DNA of 64,000 bases from Azolla caroliniana (lineage: Eukaryota > Plantae > Polypodiophyta): the NCBI GenBank assembly GCA_043228905.1, contig JBHGNT010000012.1, positions 15,934,001-15,998,000 on the forward strand, written 5' to 3'. The translations under genes were made by a program, and so were the position numbers. The notes under the pieces are model-generated. The model saw nothing but the letters and a program-made list of their open reading frames with translations. It did not search any database and was not told the origin of the DNA. Shown one piece after another: positions 1 through 12,405 of the stretch. The stretch's first letter is position 1; the number at the start of each line of letters is the position of its first letter.

Positions 1-508
1 ACTTTTTCGGGAAGTCTCTACGCCATGTGATTTGCATTCCAAACATTCAGGAACAGGCAAATGTGGGTTGCGGCATTGGTTTCGCCATTGAAGCGGGGAT
101 AAGAGAAGGCCATGTTGGACGCTACAACAAGCAGGGAAAGACCACAGTGCTTCTGTGGTGAGCACAGTTCTTGCTTGTCGCCGGGGTATTTTGTGAGCGG
201 GAAAACTTCTTTGTGGTCCTGACAAGTATCACTGAGGTCACTGAGGCGAGGTTTTTGCCATGCACGTTCCTCACCCCGGCGTGTGATGGGCTTTGTGATT
301 GGTCAGTCTTGTCGTGTTGGTTCTCTGGGATGTCTGCGGTTAAACATCCATTCGTCGTTGTTCGTCTGTGAGAAGACACATATCACCAAGCGTGCCAAAA
401 CTGTTACCGATTAGGAACACAGTCTACGGTCAGTCCTTCGACCTAGACCTCAAAGTGACGGTGTTGCAACAAATGGTACCTCCCCATATCCTAGTAGCGT
501 ATAAGGGG
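1..508 (-). mobile_element. 5' fragment of an I/J-family Ty3/gypsy element: truncated 5' LTR (402-508), PBS (383-397), leader and gag start (ATG at 113)
   Basis: Minus strand from 113 reads MAFSYPRFNGETNAATHICLFLNVWNANHM, matching J gag MTFSYPRFNGETDAATHVRSFLNVWN (46163). Reverse complement of 383-420 is GTGTTCCTAATCGGTAACA-GTTT-TGGCACGCTTGGTGA, matching the J LTR end and PBS at about 45809-45846. Confidence 0.85.
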
Positions 509-1549
509 CTGAAGCAAGCCCCGCGTGCCTGGAACGCAAAGATCACGCAGCAACTGCGTCGGATGGGCTTTGCAACGTCAAAATCGGACTCTTCCCTGTT
601 CATCCGGAAAGGTGAACTCGGTTCGGTCAGTATTTTACTGTATGTTGATGACTTGGTCATCACCGGTGTCGACCTAGGTGAAATCGAACGCGTGAAGCTC
701 TAGCTTGCGGCATCGTTTGACATGAAGGATCTTGGGGATCTTCATTACTTCCTCGGAATCCAAGTGATATGTACCCCCGAAGGCATATTGATCAGCCAAC
801 GCCATTATGTGTTGAGTATGCTCTTCAAATTTGGGATGGCCGACTGTAAGTCCGTCTCGACTCCTCTGGATAGAACCATTAAGCTTCGCCCCAATTCCGG
901 AAAGGTATGCGACCCGACGAGGTTCCGACAAATTGTCGGAAGCCTTATCTACTTGACAATCACCTAACCCGATCTCAGTTATCCGGTCGGGGTGATCAGT
1001 CAGTTCATGGCGCGACCTACCGAGGAGCACCTTCAGTGTGCGCAATGCGTACTGCAGTACGTAAGCGGCACTAAGGACCAGGGACTCCTATATCGGACCG
1101 GTACAACCTCGCAGTTGGTCGGCTACATCGATGTTGATTGGGCTGGCAACGCCACCGATCGCTGATCCATGTCCGGATACGCGTTCTCTCTTGGGAGTGC
1201 CGTGATAGCGTGGAGCAGTAAGAAGCAGCCGAAAGTTGCACTGTCGAGCACCAAAGTTGAGTATCGAGGAGCGGCTGTCGCGACATGCGAAGCCATATGG
1301 TTGAAGCGGCTACTTAAGGACATGCAAGAGGAGGTGTGTGATCCGACGACGACCTATTGCGACAACCTCCGTAGCATCCAGCTTGCGAAGAACCCTATTT
1401 TCCACACACGGACCAATCACATTGAGGTGCACTACCATTTTGTCCGTGAGTGTGTCCTTTCTGGTGAAGTCGAACTTCAGTATGTTCCGACGGATAGACA
1501 AACTGCCGACATCTTCACCAAGCCCCTTGGTCTGGACAAGTTGTGGTAG
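506..1549 (+). pseudogene. pol: Copia A reverse transcriptase-RNase H with in-frame stops
   Basis: ORF pieces 368-703, 722-967 and 1169-1549 lie in one frame, separated by stops, and carry copia RT/RH motifs. Confidence 0.9.
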
Positions 1550-2125
1550 TTCTCGGGTGCGCTTGGGTTGCATCACCTTGACGTGCCAAACTTGAGGGGG
1601 AGAACAGTCTCGAAAGACCGAGCAAGGGAGTAGGAAGAGAGCGGAAGAGCCCGTGACACCGAGTTGGATGAAGAATTCGACTTCGGATCAACTGAAGAAG
1701 TTGAGGGCGGATCCTCGGAAGAGTCCAAAAGTGGACATAAGGGGCGCAGGCGAAAGAAAGAGCCGAAGCCAACCAAGCATGGGGGAGATGACATCGTCAA
1801 GGGCGAGAAGACCGAAGACGAGTTGGAGACAGCCAACTAGGATGAGAGCGAAAACCGATCGGAGGTAGCCGAGTCGGTTCGGATGTTTGATTCGGATACA
1901 CTGAATGAACCGAGGGCCAAGCAGAAAAGAAGGAAACAGGAGAAGCGCCAACACCACGACAGCAAGGAAGCTGTGAAGGGCCGTGGGAGGAGACAAGCTG
2001 ACCGGAAGGGTCGAAGCGCGTAGAGTCGAACAGGTCAAGGAGTGCGAGAGAGGCGTAAAGCTAGAAGGAACCAGAGCACAGATCCGGAATAGCAGATGGA
2101 ACCTCAAGTTGAGCTTGAGGGGGAG

Positions 2126-2593
2126 TGTTGAGATACAAGCTCAACATTGGCCGAATCGGTTGTGTAAGCTGAGAACCGGATCGGTTGGGACCGATCGGTT
2201 AGGCCGGACCGATGCGTAAATCGGTAAGCAAAACATGGTTGTATCGGTGCGTAAAATGGATGCGTAAATGGTACGCACACCAGTGCATAACGAGAGGCTG
2301 TATCAGTGCATAAACCGAAAGGTCGTTTGAGAGATATTCCTTGTAAGGAGTAATTTTGGGAGTGAGTGTCGAGGCTCATTTATGAGCAGTCCAGTACTGT
2401 CAGTACTCGTGTCAGCCCGATTGTCAAGGCTTGTATAAAAGTGCTCACTAAGCACATCCTATGTACAGATTGAGTATTATTTTGAATTGAGTTCTGTATG
2501 TTCTCTCTCTATCTCTCCCACGTACTGTGTATATTCAAGCTCTCCATTAAACTTGCATTTTTTCCCTCTGTTCGTTTTTCTATATCTTTCACA
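2126..2593 (+). repeat. 3' LTR of copia A
   Basis: Follows the PPT, starts TGTTGAGATACAAGCTCAACA (near-identical start to the G LTRs), contains TATAAAA and ends CA. The partner LTR is not in the window. Confidence 0.8.
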
Positions 2594-5500
2594 GAGGCTC
2601 CAAGTTTTGTTCTTTAATAAGGCTTTCATCTCTTCTTCTATGCCTGCTCTCCATTTAGGGCTATTGATACCAGACAATGCTTCTCTAACGGTAATAATCA
2701 ACTCATTTGTGCTATCCAGATCTTCTTCAACTATAAGAGCATCCATTTTGAGGTCCACAAAGTGTGCCTTGAATTTGTTGAGTTCCTTATAGATATCAAA
2801 CAACAAGCATGTACGAAGAGGTGGTGAGTCGTTATCATATGGGTTTGGATAGTTTTGCGAGGATTGTGATTTTGAGTTGATTGAAAAATCACTAGTGATG
2901 TCGGGCGATTCAAGATTAAATGGCGGAATGATTAAGAGCATGTTGATTAGAGGTCGAGAAATTTGATAAAGAGAGTGGTAAAGTGTTAAATGTATGTAAG
3001 TGTGGTGAAGACAAGGTTGATGGAGATGATGTGTTTGTGAGGTCATCATAATGTGTAGAGTTGGATGGTGTGAGTCCACTATCAAGATGTGGGTGAATGT
3101 AGTTAGTTTGTTTAGGTTGGGTAGTTCTTTTATGTTGGTTGGTTAGATTTAAAGATGTAATTTTCATCTTACTTTTATTTTTATTAACTTTAAATTTAAA
3201 TGTTGGTTTCTTATGCAAACAGAGTCGAACAGGAGGAGTTCTTGGAGCAAAGGAGATGGGAGGAGATGCAAGGGGTTGATGTGTAGGAGAGATCGGAGGA
3301 GGTGCAAGGGGCTGATCAACATGAATAAAAAGGCGAGGGATTACCACATAACAATCAACAACATCGGGGACTTCATCAAAGGGAGAGGCGGCGATGATAT
3401 TGGCGGCTTTCTTCGATCGATTGCTAGCGGCAATCGCAACGGCATCAACATCCTTTTGTCGGTGGCAAGGGCGGCGATTATCATCATCAATGTTGTTGTG
3501 TTGGTAGCAAAAGGCGGCATCGGCGGCAATGTTGTGTGGGAGGTGGCGTTCGTCAGCAACAACGATGTCTTGTTGGTGGGAGGCGGCAGCGGCAAGGCTG
3601 GTTGAAAGCTAGTGATCATTAGCAACAACGATTTTTTGTTGGCGAAAGGCGGCGGCGGCAGCGACGCTGGTTCGGAGGCAGCGGTGGCGGTGCTGTTTGG
3701 GAGGCGAAGTCGATGTCATCAGTGGCAAAAACATTGTTTGGAGAGCAAGAGACATTGTTAGCAATATTGTTGTGTGGGCAGCAGAAGGCGGTGGCGGCGG
3801 CTCTGTTTGGAGAGCGGCGTACATCAATGACAATGTTGTTATGAGATTGGCGAACGGTGGAGGCATCGTCTTCTAATTGTTCGTCTCCTTTACGAATATC
3901 ATTTTTAAGGTTATGTGTTGGTGTCGTGGATTCAAGAAAGGGTGACTCATCAAATTTGACAGTACGACTATAAAAGAAGGTGTTCTTGGTTGGGTCAAAT
4001 AAACGGTAAGCCTTGTGGTCGTTTGCATCTCCGTACCCAATGAAAATCGCTTTTCTAGCTCTTTGTTCTAACTTGGATAGTTTTTCAACAGGAACAATGG
4101 CATACGCAAGGCAACCAAAGATTTTGAGATCTTGCATATTTGGTTTTACTCCAAACCATAACTTGTATGGTGTGATTAATAACCCAATTGTTCGATGATA
4201 GTTACGATTTTGGCGATAACATGCTGTTGCGATAGATTCTTCCCAAAATGAGGGCGAAAGTGACGTGAGGTTCATTCGATTTTTTTGTTCGGCTAGACCA
4301 TTTTGTTGTGGTGTCAAAGGAATAGAAATTCGTTGTAAAATTCCATGGTCTTTACAAAATTTTGTAAACTTGTTAGATGTATATTCTCCTCCCCCGTCAG
4401 ATTGTAGACATGTGAATTGTAGATTTAGTTGTTTTTCTGTTAGTGATTTGTAATTTGTAAAAGCTGTAAAAGCTTGGTCTTTGCTTTTGAGGAATGCAAG
4501 TATCGTAAACCTTGTATAATCATCGATGAAACTAATGAAATATTTTGATTTTAAAAGTGTCTGAGTTGGGAATTGACCGCATATGTCATTGTGGACGAGT
4601 TCAAGTGGTCGACTTCTTCGTGAGTTACTTGTAGGAAACCTTGATGATGCCATTTTGCTGAACAAGCACGCCTCACATAAGTCGATTTTGCAAAACATAT
4701 CCTTTGGGACTCCTTGAGCAAGCTTGTGAGTTTGGAGTGTTCGCATAGCAACAAGGTGTGGATGTTCGAGACGATAGTGCTAAAGTAAGGTGAGTTCCTG
4801 TTGTCTTTCGATTTCGGTTGTGTGAACTTCGTTTTTTGATTGGGTTGTTGGATGTACACTAATTGGATATAACCCTCCTTGTCTTTTGCAGGACGTTCGT
4901 ATCCTGAGACCATTTGGTAGAGGATGACGAATCACGACTTGGTTATGATGGAACTCGATGATGGTTCCATTCGAAGTTGCTTAACTTATTGAAAGGAGGT
5001 TCTTGGTGATACCAGGCATGTGGTACACATCATTTATGATGAAGTTTCCTCCTCCAAGGAGATGAAAAGTAAGTTGGCCTTTGCGTAATGCTTGTTTTAC
5101 TCCATTATTTCCAAATCTAACAGTTATTGGATTTTGTAGGGGTGTGTACCTTTGAAGCCAATCCGATCAATGTGTGAGGTGGTTCATTGCTCCAGTGTCG
5201 AGATACCATTTGTCATCCTTCTTTGTTGGTATATCCGCGACAACTGCTTCAGTCACGAGAGCTTGCATCAAGTCGTTGTAACCGTCTTCTTCATATTCAT
5301 CTATTTCTTCCATTGAGGAAACACAAACCTCTTCTTCTTCTTCTTCTTCTTCTCCATTTCTCTCTTTCACGAATTCTTCTACAACCTGCACTTGTGGTCG
5401 ACGGATGTTGCTTGGGAATCTTTGAATGGACTTTTGTTTTGCCTTATATTCTTGTGGTGTGTGGCCTGGTCTTTTGCAAATGTTGCAATAAGACTTAGTG

Positions 5501-6218
5501 AACTTCATTCCTCCTTTAGTCATAGGTGCATTAGTCCACTGAAACTCTTGTATCTTGCTTGTGGTTTGTAATGAGGTTGATAGGCTGCCATAGCGATTGC
5601 TTGTGTTGATGTGTTTTCTTCTCTTGTCTTTCTCATCGAGTCTTCTTGTCTTATGTCTCCCATGAGATCTTCCACAGTAGCTTGTTTATTTAAATTTTGT
5701 GTTGTCACAAATGATGACCAAGAAGAGGGTAAAGCACCTAATAATAAACATCTTTGTAGTTTGTCGGAAATGTCCAAGCTAGATGTAATTGTATCATCCA
5801 ATTTCTTTTCACAAGTTGTTAGAAAATTATCTACATCTTCTTCTTCTTTCATTATAAATGTGATATATGCATGTAGTGTGTGCACTTGTGCTGCATCCGT
5901 CTTTGGTTCGTATTGTGTCTTTAATTTCTCCCAAATTTGATGCGAAGTTTGTAATTTTCTAACTGCTTCTCCGTGAACATCTGATATATGTGCTAATAAT
6001 TCCATCTTTGCTACAAGATCTTTATCTTCTCAAATAACTTGATCAAGTCTGGGGAGATCAGGTTTTGTTGATAATCCTGACACTACATCCCAAAGTTTGT
6101 AGTGTTGAAATAATAATTCGAGTTGAGCACTCCAAATGCGATAATTTTGCTTTGATAACTTTACTAATGAAAGTTTATGTGTGTTGAGAATGTTGACAAG
6201 AGTTGAGGATTGTGCCAT
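2594..6218 (-). pseudogene. gag-pol: Copia B gag-pol, frameshifted and with stops
   Basis: Fragments 6030-6218, 5520-6005, 5167-5523, 3619-4746, 2916-3347 and 2477-3085. The pol fragments are collinear with the intact D ORF. Confidence 0.9.
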
Positions 6219-6595
6219 ATTTATGGAAGAGGGCTATGCGGCTTAACGCTTGTCTTGATGACAAATCGTTCAACGCTCCTAGGATTCTCTAGTCTTATTT
6301 GATAGATGCGGAAATCTATAAATTTGATACCATGTAGAATTCGGAAACTATACAAATAGAGAATGATTGCTAGAGAGAGAGATCACACATACATAAAATT
6401 TATTCTATATTGATTGTGTGTTTATTATATTAGCCAAGTGGCTTGTTTATAGAGCCGATGAACAAAAAGTTATGCCTCTTCAATGAAGAGTTTTCTCAAA
6501 AGTCTAATAATAAATAACTCATAATAAATAACTCTTCGTAATTACTTATTTTTAATAATAATAATAATATAATATTTAGATTAAATATTTCCACA
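2594..6595 (-). mobile_element. Ty1/copia element B (same family as D): 5' LTR, PBS and degenerate gag-PR-IN up to the start of RT
   Basis: LTR 6333-6595 resembles the D LTRs. PBS remnant TGGTATCA at 6325-6332. gag from 6218 (KLSKQNYRIW), protease WYLDTGA, integrase DICGQF...FIDDYTR, RT start EEEMKALLKNKTW. Confidence 0.92.
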
Positions 6596-6880
6596 CCTTG
6601 TATTACTCTTTCTGTGTCATTTTCGCCTCCCTTTGTTTCTCAAGTGTTTGTTCGGCTCATGTGGTTGCCTCTTTTTGTTCGTCGAGAGTGGCTAAAGTCG
6701 TTCATGCGCGATAATTGACACATCCATCTTGTCTTGGACTGCCTTCACAGTTTTTGGGCAGTATCCCCAACGCTCGTTTCTCAGTCCGATGATTGTTGGA
6801 GTTCAGAACAGAGCCAATCGATTTTCGTTTCGGCATTTGCGGCCGCCTTCTTCGCCTTCACCGTTACCGCATGATTTGCC

Positions 6881-6914
6881 TGTTGGGAAAGAAAAGAAAG
6901 AGAGATAGAAAGAA

Positions 6915-6956
<42 letters not shown>

Positions 6957-9900
6957 GGAAAACAGAGAAAGCGTTTTATTATTATTATAATGCCCCTTAC
7001 AATGAATACAACGTTGGTGGTGGCTTTATAAGACCACCACCAATAGGCTTACGGTTTCCTTCTCATGAAGGAAACCGATTTCATAAGAACTACATATTAA
7101 TATATTTTACTTTATTTTGCTTATTATTTTCCTCACTCCCCCCTAAGCAAAATTTTCTAGAAGTGTAGGTTTTCATCTTTATCTTCGATTACATCAATTA
7201 ATCCAACTTGCTTGCAACAAATAATGTGCTTAGAATGTTGAAGAGGCTTCGTTAGAAAATCAGCCCACATTTGATGAGTGGGAGCAAACTTTAACTCTAT
7301 CTTCTTTGTTTCAATGAGATCACGAAGAAAGTGATGCTTCAAATCCACATGACGAATATTGTCGCTCATCTTTGGATTGTTGGCTAACTTGATGCAAGAT
7401 TGATTATCACAAAATAAAGTCACTGGTGGAATAGTAAATAGCTTAAATTCATCGAGCATAGCTTTAATCCATATGCCTTCTTTAGCCGCTAAAGCCGCGG
7501 CAACATATTCAGCTTCGGTGGATGACAATGCTACGGTAGTTTGTTTCTTTGACTTCCACGAAATTGCACCACCAGCTAGTGTGTAAACATATCCACCTAT
7601 TGACTTGCGATCGTCTACATCTCCCCCCCAGTCCGAGTCTGACCAACCAATTAGTTGGCTAGAGGGATTTGTCCATCCGTGCACAAGTGTGGTTGACTCG
7701 GATTGTGTGGCAGAGTAAGTCAACGCATAATGTTGAGTGTGCTTCAAGTATCGTAGTAATCTTTTGAGCGTGATCCAATGCTTTGGTCCTGGATTAGACA
7801 TGAAACGAGAAAGAAAACCGGCGGCAAAGCAAATATCGGGACGTGTGCAACTTACTAGATATCTTATACACCCAAGGATTTGCTTATAGGGTACATCCTT
7901 CATTTCGGAAATTTCTCGTTCATTTTTGGGAGAATCATCATTTGATAGTTTACATGGAGAGGTAAGAGGAGTATTAATAGGCTTACTATGGAGCATATCA
8001 AATTTTTGGAGGATAGAGTTAATATAATTTGATTGTGATAATGAGATAGTATGATTTGTTCTACTTTGAGTTATTTTGATGCCTAGAAAATGGGTCATAG
8101 GGCCTAAATCGGTAATAGGAAACACATATGCAAGTTCCTTCTTTGCAATAGCTAGATAAGATTTAGAGTTAGAGATCAAAGGCAAATCATCAACATAGAC
8201 ACCTATGATAACAAAATTGGCTTTGGCTTTTCTAACGTAGATATTTGGCTCATTGTTTAGACGATGATATCCAACTTTTATAAGAAAAGAGTGTAGTTTG
8301 TGATACCATATGTGTGGAGATTGCTTAAGGCCGTAAATAGATTTACGAAGTCGACAAACATGCGTCGGATGACTTGGATCTTCAAAAAATTGTGGTTGTT
8401 GTAGATAAAGTTCTTCATCTAAATCTCCATGAAGAAAAGCCGTTTGTACATCCAAGTGATGCAATTCTAGATCATGTTGTGCGGCAAGAGCAACGAGCAT
8501 TCGAAAACCACATATTTTTAGCGTTGGGCTAAATGTATCTTGAAAATCAATACCTGGTACTTGTGAAAATCCTCGAGCAACTACACGAGCCTTGAAGCGA
8601 ATTGGATTGCCATTACTATCTCGCTTTATGCGTAAGACTCATTTAGAACCAATTATTTGTCGATCTTTTGGAGGCTCAACGAGTGTCCACGTACCATTTT
8701 TAAGTAAAGCCTTCATTTCTTCTTCCATAGCTTTTCTCCATTTGATAGAATCCGATCCGGAAAGTGCATCTTTGGCCGATAGATTTGTGTCATCACTAAG
8801 GGTTGGAATATCTTCTTCTTGAATATAAGCTTCATGGTCCAAGTCCACGAAATGTGCTTCCATTTGATCAAGTTGTTCATAAATATTACTTAGAGATCTA
8901 TACTTTGGAGGTGGAGAGTTTGGTGGAGAAGTTGGTGATGACACTTGGAATGAAGGATTAGGAGAGGGAGTGGAGAAGATAACATTATTTGTATTATTAG
9001 AGGGAGTTAAACAATGTATATTTAAAGGAGTATGAGGAAGAGAATCATCTAGAGATTTGAATGAGGGAAGATGAGAAGAAGAATTAGTTGGTTGAGTAGG
9101 ATTGATCTTTGCCTTATGAATAGATGGAAGAGCAACACAAATTGTGGAAGTAGAGGATGAGCCAATGTTGGCTCCTTCAATATGAGAGCTATTAATATTA
9201 GAGATGGTTGAGGAAGATGGTTGTAAGTAGTTAGGGGTAGGTAATAAGGGAGGTAGATTAGAAGAGAGTGAAGATAAAACCTTTGTAGAAGGCCCATTTT
9301 CTTGGAATATCACATTACGACTAAAGAATATTCTTCGTTTTTGTGGATCGTAGAGCTTGTACGCCTTGTATCCTGAAGCTTCTCAATATCCGATGAAAGT
9401 TGATTTTGTAGCCCTTGGATCTAGCTTATTTCTTTGAACATTTGGCACAAAAGCATAAGCATCACAACCAAAAATACGAAGGTTACTTAAGTTAGGTTTG
9501 TGACCATGCCATAGTTCATAAGGGGTTTGGAGCCCCAAGGATCTATGAAATCCTCGATTTTGAATATAGCAAGCGGTGCCAACCGCTTCCTCCCAAAATT
9601 GAGGTGATAAGTGAGCAAATTGTAACATACTTCGAGCCATATTGAGAAGTGATCTATTCTTCCTTTCGGATACACCATTTTGTTGTGGTGTGTGTGGTGT
9701 TGATATTCTATGATGTATGCCTTCATTTAGATATAAACTTTGAAATTCATGAGACATATACTCACCACCACCATCGGTTTGAAGACTTTTAATCTTTGAT
9801 GATGTTTGCACTTTGACTCGAGCCTTGTATTCTTTGAATGCTTGATAAGCTTGACTTTTGTACTTGAGAAAATGCAAGATTGTAAATCGACTAAAGTCAT

Positions 9901-11760
9901 CTATAAAGCTAATGAAATATTTGGCTCCACTAAGAGAAGGGGTTGGAAAAGGTCCACATAGATCACTATGTACTAATGCAAGAGGGGTAGTGGCTCTAGA
10001 TCTATGCTTTGGGAATGGTTGTTGGGGCATTTTCCCAAGGATACAACTTTCACACAAAGAGATGGGCTTGAAAGGTTCTTTTGGCAAACCATGGACTAGA
10101 TTATTACATTGTAGTGTTTTAAGAGCATTGAAATGCATATGACCTAGACGAAAGTGCCAAAGAGAAGAAGGAGAATGAAGATTGGTTAAAGATATGGAGG
10201 ATTGTATTGGGGTAGTATGATGTGCTTCTAAAATAAGAGATGTAGGAATACATTTTATGGGATATAAGCCTCCTTCTCGTTTACAACATGTTCTAATAAG
10301 TTCTCCATTTGAAGCTTTATGTTTAATAATAGCATGGTTAGGATGAAATTCAATGATAGTACCATTTGTCGTTGCTTGACTAACCGATAGCAAGTGTTTG
10401 GTAATGCCCGGGACATAGAGAACTTCATTGATTGTGAAATGTCTTCCTCCTGTGACTTCAAACGTAATATCACCTTTGCCAATAGCTTGTTTAGTCCCAT
10501 TATTTCCAAATCTTACAATGATAGGAGGTTCAACATCCTTATAGTTACATAACCAATCTTTTCTATTAGTTAAGTGGTTAGTAGCACCAGTGTCGAGATA
10601 CCATATGTCATTTACATTACTTGGGTTTGGAATCGTCGCGGAAAGTGATTCAGCAATGAATGCTTGAAGGACGTCATCATACTTGTCGCCATTTTGATAT
10701 CCATCTCCTATGACTTTTTCATCATCCATCTCTTCTTCAACAAGATGGGCTTGTACACGCTTCCATGGTTGATAACTCTTGAAATTTGACTTTGCACGAC
10801 AATCTTTGGTTGCATGATTTGTACGTTTGCATATTTTACAATAGGTATTGTTGAACCGCATTTCTCCTTGTTTAGTGTTTTGATCTTTCTTTATCCACGG
10901 CTTCGAGCTTTCTCCTCTTTGGGTGAACCTTTTGTTCTTGTATGCTACCATTGCCATACTTGGAGTTGAATTTGAAGACCTTTGTGAACGCATTGTTTCC
11001 TCCTGTCTAATGTTTGCAAGAAGATCGATTAGCGTTGGACAATTTATAGAGTTTTGGGTGGTTCTAAAAGTGGACCACGAGTGAGGAAGAGCACCAAGGA
11101 GGAGAATCTTTTGTAATTTATCATGGATTTCTAATCCCGAAGTTAACACATCATCTAATTTCTTTTGCCATATTAATAGAAATTCACCAACTGGTTGTTC
11201 GTCATTCATTTTGTAATTAACAAGTGCTTGAAGTGTATGCGCTTGTTGGGCATCATTTTTCGGCTCGTAGATAGTTTGTAAGTGCTTCCACATTTCATGA
11301 GCCGTCTCCATTTTTCGCAATGTTTCTCCGGTGCCATCACTTACGTGCATTGGAATTTCCATTCTTGCACACAAATCTTTTTCTTCATATTCTTCAAGTT
11401 CTTCGCCTTTTTCAGGTTTGTTGACAATCCTGAAATTATGTCCCATACTTTATTATATTTAAAAAGTAATTCTAATCTTGCCTTCCAAATTCGATAATTT
11501 GTGTCCGATAATTTCTCGATCGTGAATTTTCGCATGTTGAGTTGCGACGACGACATAGATTGCGCCATTATTGCAGAGGGCTGTCCGGATCAGCGCACGG
11601 CAAACACAAAATTGTCGTTCGTTATTTGACGATCTTGAACACTATGAATATAATTTATAGGGCACGTGTTTTGTAATTTTTTAGAAAGGCATTGGCTATA
11701 AGGCTATTAGGTCGTTTGGCTCTGATACCATGTTGGGAAAGAAAAGAAAGAGAGATAGAA

Positions 11761-11816
<56 letters not shown>

Positions 11817-11995
11817 GGAAAACAGAGAAAGCGTTTTATTATTATTATAATGCCCCTTACAATGAATACAACGTTGGTGGTGGCTTTATAAGACCACCAC
11901 CAATAGGCTTACGGTTTCCTTCTCATGAAGGAAACCGATTTCATAAGAACTACATATTAATATATTTTATTTTATTTTGCTTATTATTTTCCTCA
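6881..11995 (-). mobile_element. Full-length Ty1/copia element C with TSD TTGCC
   Basis: LTRs 6881-7135 and 11731-11995 are nearly identical (one substitution seen, a 4-bp indel, different (AG)n length). TSD TTGCC at 6876-6880 and 11996-12000. PBS TGGTATCAGAGC at 11719-11730 (tRNA-iMet). PPT at 7136-7147. Confidence 0.97.
7157..11568 (-). pseudogene. gag-pol: Copia C gag-pol (gag, CCHC, PR, IN, RT, RH) with one frameshift and two stops
   Basis: ORFs 11341-11568, 9383-11446, 8639-9313 and 7157-8500. Motifs CKICKRTNHATKDC, WYLDTGA, HSDLCGP, YVDD, ADFLTK. Confidence 0.93.
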
Positions 11996-12405
11996 TTGCC
12001 TTGACCTCCTCCTGTAGTGCTTGTACTTTAGCTGCGGAGGGGCCTTTTGTGGGAGTAGCCAATGTGGCTTCCCGCATCTGCTCCTCTAATTGCGTGATGA
12101 CTGCCTGAGTTTCCTTTAGCTGTTGTTTGGTCTCCTTACTCGTGCGCCATGCTTGCTTGTTTTTGTAAGCCATGTCTTTCGCTCCTAAGCGCACCCGAGC
12201 TAATTCCTGGTTCACTTTCACCAAGGCCATGTTGAGGGTTGGCAACTCGATTGCCATGTTCCCTCCGTCTGAATGCCGCTTGCGGTTGATTTTGCTAAGG
12301 GTCATTTCCTCCTCCGGCTCGATTAACCTAGTGATGGCTCGCTATATCATCTGCCGCTTTGCGTGCTCTTCGGCCATGCCTTGGGCTGCTGCAACCTGTT
12401 GGGTG

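Larger units (their letters stand above)
506..2593 (+). mobile_element. Ty1/copia element A, 3' part (RT, RNase H, 3' extension, PPT, 3' LTR), inserted in copia B
   Basis: Motifs GLKQAPRAW, LLYVDDLV, MKDLGDLHYFLG, W-SKKQ--VALSS and QTADIFTKPL. PPT GAGGGGGAG ends at 2125. LTR TGTTG...TTCACA at 2126-2593, after which copia B RT sequence resumes. Confidence 0.9.

Noticed and set aside
6953-7168. Small duplicated gene MRKTEKAFYYYY (also 11813-12004)
   Set aside because: It is an antisense ORF within the two C LTRs, so the duplication is explained by the LTRs.
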